Below, piece after piece: positions 1 to 8,980 of a stretch of DNA of 52,109 nt. The notes beneath the pieces are model-generated. The model ran no database searches and was not told the DNA's origin. It saw only the letters and a list, made by a program, of their open reading frames with translations. A program made the translations under genes and the position numbers. Source of the DNA: Escherichia coli. Lineage in GTDB: Bacteria; Pseudomonadota; Gammaproteobacteria; Enterobacterales; Enterobacteriaceae. The stretch lies in NCBI RefSeq assembly GCF_003334815.1, contig NZ_QOWO01000029.1; one strand, written 5' to 3'. The first letter of the stretch is position 1. Each line of letters begins with the position of its first letter.

Positions 1-75
1 CGCGAGGCATCGTCTTAACGAGGCACCGAGGCGTCGCATTCTTCAGATGGTTCAACCCTTAAGTTAGCGCTTATG
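1..75. mobile_element. Probable right terminus of an IS186 copy (IS4 family), truncated by the window edge
   Basis: Positions 49-75 read ggttcaacccttaagttagcgcttatg, the reverse complement of the IS186 terminal inverted repeat as I remember it (CATAAGCGCTAACTTAAGGGTTG...). An IS186 next to entD is the K-12 arrangement. Recalled, not aligned. Confidence 0.5.
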
Positions 76-185
76 GGAGTAATCCCCGCATATCCGGTTG
101 TCAGGTCAGGATGGTAAGGCACCTGCTTTACACTTTCGCCCGTGGTCAGTGATGGCTGCGGGCGAATCGTACCAGATGTTGTCAA

Positions 186-806
186 TTAATCGTGTTGGCA
201 CAGCGTTATGACTATCTTTTCTTTTATCTGCCAGTGCACAGCAAACATCTCATTCTCACGATGAATGATGACCTGCTGTTTATTCCAGCTAATTATCTGA
301 TAGTCCAGAAAACCTGCATCAGTTTGGATCTCACTTGCCTTAAATGCGCTCTCTTTGGCGGAAAATGCCAGTGTCAGCGCCAGAGAAAAGGCTAAACCGC
401 AGTCTGCGAGTCGCTCGTGTTCCGTTGGTGTAATAATGTTGTCTGTCAATTCTCTTGCGGTTTGTACAGAAAAAATTTCTTCTATATCAATGCCAATCGG
501 TTGACGAGATACCACGGCTAATGCCGTAGTCCCACAGTGGCTAATACTGCCGTATACCTCCGCAGGCCAGACAGGTTGGCGTAGCTCGCCGATTGCGGGC
601 ACACATTTATAGCCATATTCCCGCAAAGCATAAACAGCAGCGATCCGTCCGGCTAAATGCTCTGTTTTACGTTTACGTCCAGCGTGTTGCAGTTGTGCGT
701 AGTGCGGCAGCCAGAGTAAATCCTGCTCACAAAAATTCGCCGGATCGAACTCAACAAAATGCAGCGTATGTCCGGCAAAGGGGAGGGAGGTATGCGTAGT
801 TTTCAT
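186..806 (-). CDS. entD: Phosphopantetheinyl transferase for EntB/EntF (206 aa)
   Basis: The 256-aa track ORF contains MKTTHTSLPFAGHTLHF..., matching EntD as recalled. Start placed at the internal ATG at 806 to give 206 aa; the upstream in-frame extension is presumed noncoding. Confidence 0.88.
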   Translation of the reverse strand: MKTTHTSLPFAGHTLHFVEFDPANFCEQDLLWLPHYAQLQHAGRKRKTEHLAGRIAAVYALREYGYKCVPAIGELRQPVWPAEVYGSISHCGTTALAVVSRQPIGIDIEEIFSVQTARELTDNIITPTEHERLADCGLAFSLALTLAFSAKESAFKASEIQTDAGFLDYQIISWNKQQVIIHRENEMFAVHWQIKEKIVITLCQHD

Positions 807-842
807 ATCGACCATATTCGAGACTGATGACAAACGCAAAAC

Positions 843-871
843 TGCCTGATGCGCTACGCTTATCAGGCCTA
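843..871. repeat. REP (palindromic unit), first half of a BIME between fepA and entD
   Basis: Imperfect palindrome gcctgatgcgctacgcttatcaggcctac, typical of E. coli REP elements. Confidence 0.65.
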
Positions 872-907
872 CATGGTCCTGCAATATATTGAATTGGCAA
901 GATTTTT

Positions 908-941
908 GTAGGCCGGATAAGGCGTTCACGCCGCATCCGGC
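908..941. repeat. REP (palindromic unit), second half of the BIME, inverted relative to 843-871
   Basis: gtaggccggataaggcgttcacgccgcatccggc is the classic REP consensus. The same unit recurs at 22842-22874. Confidence 0.75.
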
Positions 942-980
942 ATGAACGACGCGCACTTTGTCAACAATCTGACGTTAGCA

Positions 981-3221
981 TCAGAAGTGGGTGTTTACGC
1001 TCATATACCACGTACGTCCCGGCTCGTTATAGGTATACGCCCCGGCACCGGCGATATAGTTGGCCCCTGCCAAATCGCCCGTGGTCTGGGCATTACCCGC
1101 ACGCCACAAACGTTTGTCGAACAGATTGTCCACGCCGCCGGTCAGACTGACATTCTTCGTCACATCCCAGGTCGCGCTCAGGCCAACAATGCTGTAAGGA
1201 CTAATTTCTTTGGTTTCCGGTCCAACCGCTGGCTGACCTTTATAGTTGTACTTCTTCGGCTGCTGCTTGCCGTACCAGGTGAAGGTCGTTTGCATCGACA
1301 AATCTTCCCGTGCCTGCCAGCTCAGCGTTGAGTTCAACGTATACTCCGGGATGATCGACAAACGGTCGCCCGTGGTTTTGTTTTCACTCTTCAGCATATA
1401 AGTGATGTTATTGGTCCACATCACCGTTTCGCTAACCGGTACGTTTAACGATCCTTCCAGACCTTCAACCACCGCTTTCGGCACGTTATCCCACTGATAG
1501 AGATCGGTGCCGACTGCGTTTTGCCCTACAGCCACATAGCCCGCTTCAATCTTATTGCGATAATCGTTACGGAACCAGGTGACGCCCGCCAGCCACCCGT
1601 CGCGTTTGAACTCCAGACCAATCTCTTTGTTGATGCTGGTTTCTACTTTCAGGTCATCGTTACCTTGCAGATAGCAGCCGCCCGCGCTGGCATAGCAACC
1701 CTGACCTTTACTGTAGAGAATGTAGTTCGGGTTAGTCTGGTACAGGCTCGGCGCTTTATAAGCACGGGCGATGCCCATTTTCAGCGTGAAGTCATCGCCT
1801 AAACCTTGCGATATGTTCAGCGCCGGGCTCCAGTTATTGCCGACAATACTGTGATGATCGAAACGCAGCCCCGGCGTTACGATGGTGCTGTCAGTCAGCT
1901 CCATGTTGTTTTCGGCAAACAGCGAGAAAATTTCTGCTTTTGAATACGGGCTACGGTCGGTGGTACTCACGCCATCAATAGCGCCACCGGTATTCGTTCC
2001 GGTCAGTGCCTGGGTGTTGGAACTTAAGTCCTTCATCCGTTGCTGATTCCACTCCGTACCCAGCGTCAGCGTCTGGTTAACGAGGAAATCAATCGGCAGG
2101 TTAACTTCGCTGTGCAGCATCACGTCATCAAGATCGATATCGACGAAATCCTGTGTCGCTTTTTCGTTAAATTTCCCTTCGGTACCGCCCGCCAGACCTT
2201 CCGGAATACGCGAGTTACGGGTGTGTTCGTACTGCACCCAGTTGCTGGTGGTCACGCCGTTATCCCAGCCACCGTTCCAGGTCAGCGCGTAGTTCTGGCG
2301 ATACAGACGGTTGGTTTCATCGCCATATTTCGAGCGGGTATAGGAATCGGAGTTGGTATTCTGGGTGTCGCCCGCATACAGGTTACCCTGGCGGCTGTAA
2401 CCTGCTTCCAGTTCCAGCGATTGCAATGGCGCGAAATCCCAGCGCACCACGCCATTAATATCTTTGTTGATTACCCCTTCGCGCCCGGCTGGTAACGTCG
2501 TGGCATACGTTCCGGCACGCGCGGACTGATGGCCCTGGTTGATATCCCACGCGTCAGCCTGGGTTTTGTCGAGGTTGCCATACAAACGGAAGCTGAATTC
2601 GTCGCCCAGCGGACCGGTCAGGCTAAAGTTAGTGCGTTTGGTGGCACCTTCCTCTTTATGTTCTGGCGCATTGAAATATGCGTCCCAGGAGCCGTGCCAC
2701 TCGCCGCTGCCTTTTTTGGTAATGATGTTAACCACGCCGCCCGCCGCGCCGTTGCCATAACGCGCAGCTGCCGGACCACGCAGAACTTCAATACGTTCAA
2801 TCATTTCAGGTGGCACCCAGGAAGTATCACCACGGGTATCGCGCTCGCCACGCCAGCCCTGACGCACCGAGTTACGGCTGCTTACCGGCTTGCCGTCAAT
2901 CAAAATCAGCGTGTTTTCCGGACCCATACCGCGAATATCAATCTGTCGGTTATTCCCACGCTGACCACTGGTGGAGTTACCGGTCAGGTTAACGCCTGGC
3001 ATGGTACGGATGATCTCCGACACATCGCGGGCAACCGGGTTTTTGCGGATTTCATCTGCGGTGATGGTCGAAACGCCAGGCGCCTGTAAGTTCTGCTCGG
3101 CGGCGGTAACGACAATAGTATCGTCATGTGAAACAGGAGTATCGGTCGGCTCTTGTGCCTGCGCTACCCCATAAATCCCCAGATTGACCAACAAGGCCAG
3201 GGAATGAATCTTCTTGTTCAT
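981..3221 (-). CDS. fepA: TonB-dependent ferric enterobactin outer-membrane receptor (746 aa)
   Basis: Signal peptide MNKKIHSLALLVNLGIYGVAQA, TonB box DTIVVTA and C-terminal ...YMSVNTHF with terminal Phe. Start placed at the internal ATG at 3221 rather than the track's extended start. Confidence 0.95.
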   Translation of the reverse strand: MNKKIHSLALLVNLGIYGVAQAQEPTDTPVSHDDTIVVTAAEQNLQAPGVSTITADEIRKNPVARDVSEIIRTMPGVNLTGNSTSGQRGNNRQIDIRGMGPENTLILIDGKPVSSRNSVRQGWRGERDTRGDTSWVPPEMIERIEVLRGPAAARYGNGAAGGVVNIITKKGSGEWHGSWDAYFNAPEHKEEGATKRTNFSLTGPLGDEFSFRLYGNLDKTQADAWDINQGHQSARAGTYATTLPAGREGVINKDINGVVRWDFAPLQSLELEAGYSRQGNLYAGDTQNTNSDSYTRSKYGDETNRLYRQNYALTWNGGWDNGVTTSNWVQYEHTRNSRIPEGLAGGTEGKFNEKATQDFVDIDLDDVMLHSEVNLPIDFLVNQTLTLGTEWNQQRMKDLSSNTQALTGTNTGGAIDGVSTTDRSPYSKAEIFSLFAENNMELTDSTIVTPGLRFDHHSIVGNNWSPALNISQGLGDDFTLKMGIARAYKAPSLYQTNPNYILYSKGQGCYASAGGCYLQGNDDLKVETSINKEIGLEFKRDGWLAGVTWFRNDYRNKIEAGYVAVGQNAVGTDLYQWDNVPKAVVEGLEGSLNVPVSETVMWTNNITYMLKSENKTTGDRLSIIPEYTLNSTLSWQAREDLSMQTTFTWYGKQQPKKYNYKGQPAVGPETKEISPYSIVGLSATWDVTKNVSLTGGVDNLFDKRLWRAGNAQTTGDLAGANYIAGAGAYTYNEPGRTWYMSVNTHF

Positions 3222-3380
3222 TGTTTTATTCCTGCATTTTTGCCACGAATTGCAACTGTCGGGCATGGTCGTCATCAACACGACGCATCCCGCTACCGCG
3301 AAAACCTTTGATCCTGAAAGACACGCAGTGCAGTTGGTTAATTAATGTCCGCGCTTCCCACGGCGCGCCATTACGCTATT

Positions 3381-3418
3381 GCAAATGCAAATAGTTATCA
3401 ATAATATTATCAATATAT
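3381..3418. promoter_or_regulatory. Fur-box-like AT-rich operator in the divergent fepA/fes promoter region
   Basis: gcaaatgcaaatagttatcaataatattatcaatat resembles the Fur consensus GATAATGATAATCATTATC. It sits between divergent iron-uptake genes. Confidence 0.55.
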
Positions 3419-3463
3419 TTCTGCAATCAATGAAAAATTGCACAGTAAACATGGGGTTATGGT

Positions 3464-4666
3464 GTGACGGCGTTAAAAGTAGGAAGTGAGAGCTGGTGGC
3501 AGTCGAAACATGGCCCGGAATGGCAGCGTCTGAATGACGAAATGTTTGAGGTCACTTTCTGGTGGCGTGATCCCCAAGGTTCTGAAGAATACTCGACGAT
3601 AAAGCGCGTATGGGTCTACATCACTGGTGTGACCGATCACCATCAGAACAGCCAGCCCCAGTCGATGCAGCGAATTGCAGGCACTAACGTCTGGCAGTGG
3701 ACGACACAACTCAATGCCAACTGGCGCGGCAGCTACTGCTTTATTCCCACCGAACGCGATGACATTTTTTCTGTACCATCCCCCGATCGCCTCGAATTGC
3801 GCGAAGGCTGGCGAAAACTATTACCCCAGGCGATAGCCGATCCGCTGAACCTACAAAGCTGGAAAGGCGGGCGAGGGCACGCTGTTTCTGCACTCGAAAT
3901 GCCGCAAGCGCCTCTGCAACCGGGATGGGATTGTCCGCAAGCGCCAGAAATACCTGCCAAAGAAATTATCTGGAAAAGTGAACGGTTGAAAAAGTCACGG
4001 CGTGTATGGATTTTTACCACCGGCGATGCAACAGCAGAAGAACGCCCGCTGGCAGTTTTGCTCGATGGCGAATTTTGGGCGCAAAGTATGCCCGTCTGGC
4101 CAGTGCTGACTTCGCTGACCCATCGTCAGCAACTTCCTCCCGCCGTGTATGTGTTGATCGACGCTATCGACACCACGCACCGCGCCCACGAACTGCCGTG
4201 TAATGCGGATTTCTGGCTCGCAGTACAGCAAGAGTTATTACCCCTGGTGAAAGCTATTGCCCCTTTTAGCGATCGTGCCGATCGCACCGTGGTTGCCGGG
4301 CAGAGTTTTGGTGGGCTTTCCGCGCTGTATGCCGGACTGCACTGGCCTGAACGCTTTGGCTGTGTATTAAGCCAGTCAGGATCGTACTGGTGGCCGCATC
4401 GGGGCGGGCAGCAAGAGGGCGTGTTACTTGAAAAGCTAAAAGCTGGTGAAGTTAGCGCCGAAGGTCTGCGCATTGTGCTGGAAGCGGGTATTCGCGAGCC
4501 GATGATCATGCGGGCCAATCAGGCGCTGTATGCGCAATTACACCCCATAAAAGAATCCATTTTCTGGCGTCAGGTTGACGGCGGACATGATGCGCTTTGT
4601 TGGCGCGGTGGCTTGATGCAGGGGCTAATCGACCTCTGGCAACCACTTTTCCATGACAGGAGTTGA
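3464..4666 (+). CDS. fes: Enterochelin (ferric enterobactin) esterase
   Basis: 400-aa ORF starting at GTG 3464, with esterase GxSxG motif (GQSFGG). An alternative internal ATG (MFEV...) would give 374 aa. Confidence 0.88.
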   Translation: MTALKVGSESWWQSKHGPEWQRLNDEMFEVTFWWRDPQGSEEYSTIKRVWVYITGVTDHHQNSQPQSMQRIAGTNVWQWTTQLNANWRGSYCFIPTERDDIFSVPSPDRLELREGWRKLLPQAIADPLNLQSWKGGRGHAVSALEMPQAPLQPGWDCPQAPEIPAKEIIWKSERLKKSRRVWIFTTGDATAEERPLAVLLDGEFWAQSMPVWPVLTSLTHRQQLPPAVYVLIDAIDTTHRAHELPCNADFWLAVQQELLPLVKAIAPFSDRADRTVVAGQSFGGLSALYAGLHWPERFGCVLSQSGSYWWPHRGGQQEGVLLEKLKAGEVSAEGLRIVLEAGIREPMIMRANQALYAQLHPIKESIFWRQVDGGHDALCWRGGLMQGLIDLWQPLFHDRS

Positions 4667-4668
4667 AT

Positions 4669-4887
4669 ATGGCATTCAGTAATCCCTTCGATGATCCGCA
4701 GGGAGCGTTTTACATATTGCGCAATGCGCAGGGGCAATTCAGTCTGTGGCCGCAACAATGCGTCTTACCGGCAGGCTGGGACATTGTGTGTCAGCCGCAG
4801 TCACAGGCGTCCTGCCAGCAGTGGCTGGAAGCCCACTGGCGTACTCTGACACCGACGAATTTTACCCAGTTGCAGGAGGCACAATGA
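4669..4887 (+). CDS. ybdZ: MbtH-like protein (72 aa), NRPS adenylation-domain partner
   Basis: MAFSNPFDDPQGAFYILRNAQGQFSLWP... with conserved Trp residues. Its stop overlaps the entF start (ATGA at 4884-4887). Confidence 0.85.
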   Translation: MAFSNPFDDPQGAFYILRNAQGQFSLWPQQCVLPAGWDIVCQPQSQASCQQWLEAHWRTLTPTNFTQLQEAQ

Positions 4888-7800
4888 GCCAGCATTTACC
4901 TTTGGTCGCCGCACAGCCCGGCATCTGGATGGCAGAAAAACTGTCAGAATTACCCTCCGCCTGGAGCGTGGCGCATTACGTTGAGTTAACCGGAGAGGTT
5001 GATTCGCCATTACTGGCCCGCGCGGTGGTTGCCGGACTAGCGCAAGCAGATACGCTGCGGATGCGTTTTACGGAAGATAACGGCGAAGTCTGGCAGTGGG
5101 TCGATGATGCGCTGACGTTCGAACTGCCAGAAATTATCGACCTACGAACCAACATTGATCCGCACGGTACTGCGCAGGCATTAATGCAGGCGGATTTGCA
5201 ACAAGATCTGCGCGTCGATAGCGGTAAACCACTGGTCTTTCATCAGCTGATACAGGTGGCGGATAACCGCTGGTACTGGTATCAGCGTTATCACCATTTG
5301 CTGGTCGATGGCTTTAGTTTCCCGGCCATTACCCGCCAGATCGCCAATATTTACTGCACATGGCTGCGTGGCGAACCAACGCCTGCTTCGCCATTTACGC
5401 CTTTCGCTGATGTAGTGGAAGAGTACCAGCAATACCGCGAAAGCGAAGCCTGGCAGCGTGATGCGGCATTCTGGGCAGAACAGCGTCGTCAACTGCCGCC
5501 GCCCGCGTCACTTTCTCCGGCACCTTTACCGGGGCGCAGCGCCTCGGCAGATATTCTGCGCCTGAAACTGGAATTTACCGACGGGGAATTCCGCCAGCTG
5601 GCTACGCAACTTTCAGGTGTGCAGCGTACCGATTTAGCCCTTGCGCTGGCAGCCTTGTGGCTGGGGCGATTGTGCAATCGTATGGACTACGCCGCCGGAT
5701 TTATCTTTATGCGTCGACTGGGCTCGGCGGCGCTGACGGCTACCGGACCCGTGCTCAACGTTTTGCCGTTGGGTATTCACATTGCGGCGCAAGAAACGCT
5801 GCCGGAACTGGCAACCCGACTGGCAGCACAACTGAAAAAAATGCGTCGTCATCAACGTTACGATGCCGAACAAATTGTCCGTGACAGCGGGCGAGCGGCA
5901 GGTGATGAACCGCTGTTTGGTCCGGTACTCAATATCAAGGTATTTGATTACCAACTGGATATTCCTGATGTTCAGGCGCAAACCCATACCCTGGCAACCG
6001 GTCCGGTTAATGACCTTGAACTGGCCCTGTTCCCGGATGTACACGGTGATTTGAGTATTGAGATCCTCGCCAATAAACAGCGTTACGATGAGCCAACGTT
6101 AATCCAGCATGCTGAACGCCTGAAAATGCTGATTGCCCAGTTCGCCGCGGATCCGGCGCTGTTGTGCGGCGATGTCGATATTATGCTGCCAGGTGAGTAT
6201 GCGCAGCTGGCGCAGCTCAACGCCACTCAGGTTGAGATTCCAGAAACCACGCTTAGCGCGCTGGTGGCAGAACAAGCGGCAAAAACACCGGATGCTCCGG
6301 CGCTGGCAGATGCGCGTTACCTGTTCAGCTATCGGGAAATGCGCGAGCAGGTGGTGGCGCTGGCGAATCTGCTGCGTGAGCGCGGCGTTAAACCAGGGGA
6401 CAGCGTGGCGGTGGCACTACCGCGCTCGGTCTTTTTGACCCTGGCACTCCATGCGATAGTTGAAGCTGGAGCGGCCTGGCTACCGCTGGATACCGGCTAT
6501 CCGGACGATCGCCTGAAAATGATGCTGGAAGATGCGCGTCCGTCGCTGTTAATTACCACCGACGATCAACTGCCGCGCTTTAGCGATGTTCCCAATTTAA
6601 CAAGCCTTTGCTATAACGCCCCGCTTACACCGCAGGGCAGTGCGCCGCTGCAACTTTCACAACCGCATCACACGGCTTATATCATCTTTACCTCTGGCTC
6701 CACCGGCAGGCCGAAAGGGGTAATGGTCGGGCAGACGGCTATCGTCAACCGCCTGCTTTGGATGCAAAATCATTATCCGCTTACAGGCGAAGATGTCGTT
6801 GCCCAAAAAACGCCGTGCAGTTTTGATGTCTCGGTGTGGGAGTTTTTCTGGCCGTTTATCGCAGGGGCAAAACTGGTGATGGCTGAACCGGAAGCGCACC
6901 GCGACCCGCTCGCTATGCAGCAATTCTTTGCCGAATATGGCGTAACGACCACGCACTTTGTGCCGTCGATGCTGGCGGCATTTGTTGCCTCGCTGACGCC
7001 GCAAACCGCTCGCCAGAGTTGCGCGACGTTGAAACAGGTTTTCTGTAGTGGTGAGGCCTTACCGGCTGATTTATGCCGCGAATGGCAACAGTTAACTGGC
7101 GCGCCGTTGCATAATCTATATGGCCCGACGGAAGCGGCGGTAGATGTCAGCTGGTATCCGGCTTTTGGCGAGGAACTGGCACAGGTGCGCGGCAGCAGTG
7201 TGCCGATTGGTTATCCGGTATGGAATACGGGTCTGCGTATTCTTGATGCGATGATGCATCCGGTGCCGCCGGGTGTGGCGGGTGATCTCTATCTCACTGG
7301 CATTCAACTGGCGCAGGGCTATCTCGGACGCCCCGATCTGACCGCCAGCCGCTTTATTGCCGATCCTTTTGCCCCAGGTGAACGGATGTACCGTACCGGA
7401 GACGTTGCCCGCTGGCTGGATAACGGCGCGGTGGAGTACCTCGGGCGCAGTGATGATCAGCTAAAAATTCGCGGGCAGCGTATCGAACTGGGCGAAATCG
7501 ATCGCGTGATGCAGGCGCTGCCGGATGTCGAACAAGCCGTTACCCACGCCTGTGTGATTAACCAGGCGGCTGCCACCGGTGGTGATGCGCGTCAATTGGT
7601 GGGCTATCTGGTGTCGCAATCGGGCCTGCCGTTGGATACCAGCGCATTGCAGGCGCAGCTTCGTGAAACATTGCCACCACATATGGTACCGGTGGTTCTG
7701 CTGCAACTTCCACAGTTACCACTTAGCGCCAACGGCAAGCTGGATCGCAAAGCCTTACCGTTGCCTGAACTGAAGGCACAAGCGCCAGGGCGTGCGCCGA

Positions 7801-8765
7801 AAGCGGGCAGTGAAACGATTATCGCCGCGGCATTCTCGTCGTTGCTGGGGTGTGACGTGCAGGATGCCGATGCTGATTTCTTCGCGCTTGGCGGTCATTC
7901 GCTACTGGCAATGAAACTGGCAGCGCAGTTAAGTCGGCAGGTTGCCCGCCAGGTGACGCCGGGGCAAGTGATGGTCGCGTCAACTGTCGCCAAACTGGCA
8001 ACGATTATTGATGCTGAAGAAGACAGCACCCGGCGTATGGGATTCGAAACCATTCTGCCGTTGCGTGAAGGTAATGGCCCGACGCTGTTTTGTTTCCATC
8101 CTGCGTCCGGTTTTGCCTGGCAGTTCAGCGTGCTCTCGCGTTATCTCGATCCACAATGGTCGATTATCGGCATTCAGTCACCGCGCCCCAATGGCCCCAT
8201 GCAGACGGCGGCAAACCTGGATGAAGTCTGCGAAGCGCATCTGGCAACGTTACTTGAACAACAACCGCATGGCCCTTATTACCTGCTGGGGTATTCCCTT
8301 GGCGGTACGCTGGCGCAGGGTATTGCGGCGCGACTGCGTGCCCGTGGCGAACAGGTGGCATTTCTTGGCTTGCTGGATACCTGGCCGCCAGAAACGCAAA
8401 ACTGGCAGGAAAAAGAAGCTAATGGTCTGGACCCGGAAGTGCTGGCGGAGATTAACCGCGAACGCGAGGCCTTCCTGGCAGCACAGCAGGGAAGTACTTC
8501 AACGGAGTTGTTTACCACCATTGAAGGCAACTACGCTGATGCTGTGCGCCTGCTGACGACTGCTCATAGCGTACCGTTTGACGGTAAAGCGACGCTGTTT
8601 GTTGCTGAACGCACACTTCAGGAAGGTATGAGTCCCGAACGCGCCTGGTCGCCGTGGATAGCGGAGCTGGATATCTATCGTCAGGATTGTGCGCATGTGG
8701 ATATTATCTCTCCAGGGACGTTTGAAAAAATTGGGCCGATTATTCGCGCAACGCTAAACAGGTAA
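4884..8765 (+). CDS. entF: Enterobactin synthase component F, NRPS module C-A-PCP-TE (1293 aa)
   Basis: Adenylation core motifs FTSGSTGRPKG and YRTGD, PCP motif LGGHSLLA, thioesterase GYSLGG. Start placed at MSQHLPLVAAQPGIW. Confidence 0.95.
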   Translation: MSQHLPLVAAQPGIWMAEKLSELPSAWSVAHYVELTGEVDSPLLARAVVAGLAQADTLRMRFTEDNGEVWQWVDDALTFELPEIIDLRTNIDPHGTAQALMQADLQQDLRVDSGKPLVFHQLIQVADNRWYWYQRYHHLLVDGFSFPAITRQIANIYCTWLRGEPTPASPFTPFADVVEEYQQYRESEAWQRDAAFWAEQRRQLPPPASLSPAPLPGRSASADILRLKLEFTDGEFRQLATQLSGVQRTDLALALAALWLGRLCNRMDYAAGFIFMRRLGSAALTATGPVLNVLPLGIHIAAQETLPELATRLAAQLKKMRRHQRYDAEQIVRDSGRAAGDEPLFGPVLNIKVFDYQLDIPDVQAQTHTLATGPVNDLELALFPDVHGDLSIEILANKQRYDEPTLIQHAERLKMLIAQFAADPALLCGDVDIMLPGEYAQLAQLNATQVEIPETTLSALVAEQAAKTPDAPALADARYLFSYREMREQVVALANLLRERGVKPGDSVAVALPRSVFLTLALHAIVEAGAAWLPLDTGYPDDRLKMMLEDARPSLLITTDDQLPRFSDVPNLTSLCYNAPLTPQGSAPLQLSQPHHTAYIIFTSGSTGRPKGVMVGQTAIVNRLLWMQNHYPLTGEDVVAQKTPCSFDVSVWEFFWPFIAGAKLVMAEPEAHRDPLAMQQFFAEYGVTTTHFVPSMLAAFVASLTPQTARQSCATLKQVFCSGEALPADLCREWQQLTGAPLHNLYGPTEAAVDVSWYPAFGEELAQVRGSSVPIGYPVWNTGLRILDAMMHPVPPGVAGDLYLTGIQLAQGYLGRPDLTASRFIADPFAPGERMYRTGDVARWLDNGAVEYLGRSDDQLKIRGQRIELGEIDRVMQALPDVEQAVTHACVINQAAATGGDARQLVGYLVSQSGLPLDTSALQAQLRETLPPHMVPVVLLQLPQLPLSANGKLDRKALPLPELKAQAPGRAPKAGSETIIAAAFSSLLGCDVQDADADFFALGGHSLLAMKLAAQLSRQVARQVTPGQVMVASTVAKLATIIDAEEDSTRRMGFETILPLREGNGPTLFCFHPASGFAWQFSVLSRYLDPQWSIIGIQSPRPNGPMQTAANLDEVCEAHLATLLEQQPHGPYYLLGYSLGGTLAQGIAARLRARGEQVAFLGLLDTWPPETQNWQEKEANGLDPEVLAEINREREAFLAAQQGSTSTELFTTIEGNYADAVRLLTTAHSVPFDGKATLFVAERTLQEGMSPERAWSPWIAELDIYRQDCAHVDIISPGTFEKIGPIIRATLNR

Positions 8766-8780
8766 ATTAATATTATTTAT

Positions 8781-8818
8781 AAACCCATAATTACAGAAAA
8801 TAATTATGGGTTTTTTAT
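8781..8818 (+). terminator. Rho-independent terminator downstream of entF
   Basis: Hairpin aaacccataatta / taattatgggttt followed by a T-run. Confidence 0.7.
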
Positions 8819-8980
8819 TTGTTTGATTTATAGGTTTGATGAATATTTCTCTTAAATAGAGTGAATGTTGCATTCAGTGGAAGGAATTTACAAACTTCAG
8901 CTTCGGATAATTATCACCAACTGGTAAAGTGAGCGCCGTGGAGATTTCCCCCTATTGGACTCATTTTCAGGTTATACCCC

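Noticed and set aside
186-956. Extended N-termini in track ORFs (entD 256 aa, fepA 766 aa, entF 1339 aa, entA 258 aa, ahpF 531 aa, citF 524 aa, citC 381 aa, citA 572 aa, pagP 194 aa, cspE 79 aa, dsbG 268 aa)
   Set aside because: In each case an internal ATG gives the canonical protein N-terminus (signal peptide or conserved start) and fits operon overlaps. The extensions are upstream in-frame readthrough of intergenic sequence.
8881-8980. Fur-like sequence cggataattatcacc upstream of fepE
   Set aside because: Matches only about half of the Fur consensus and is a single site; not called.
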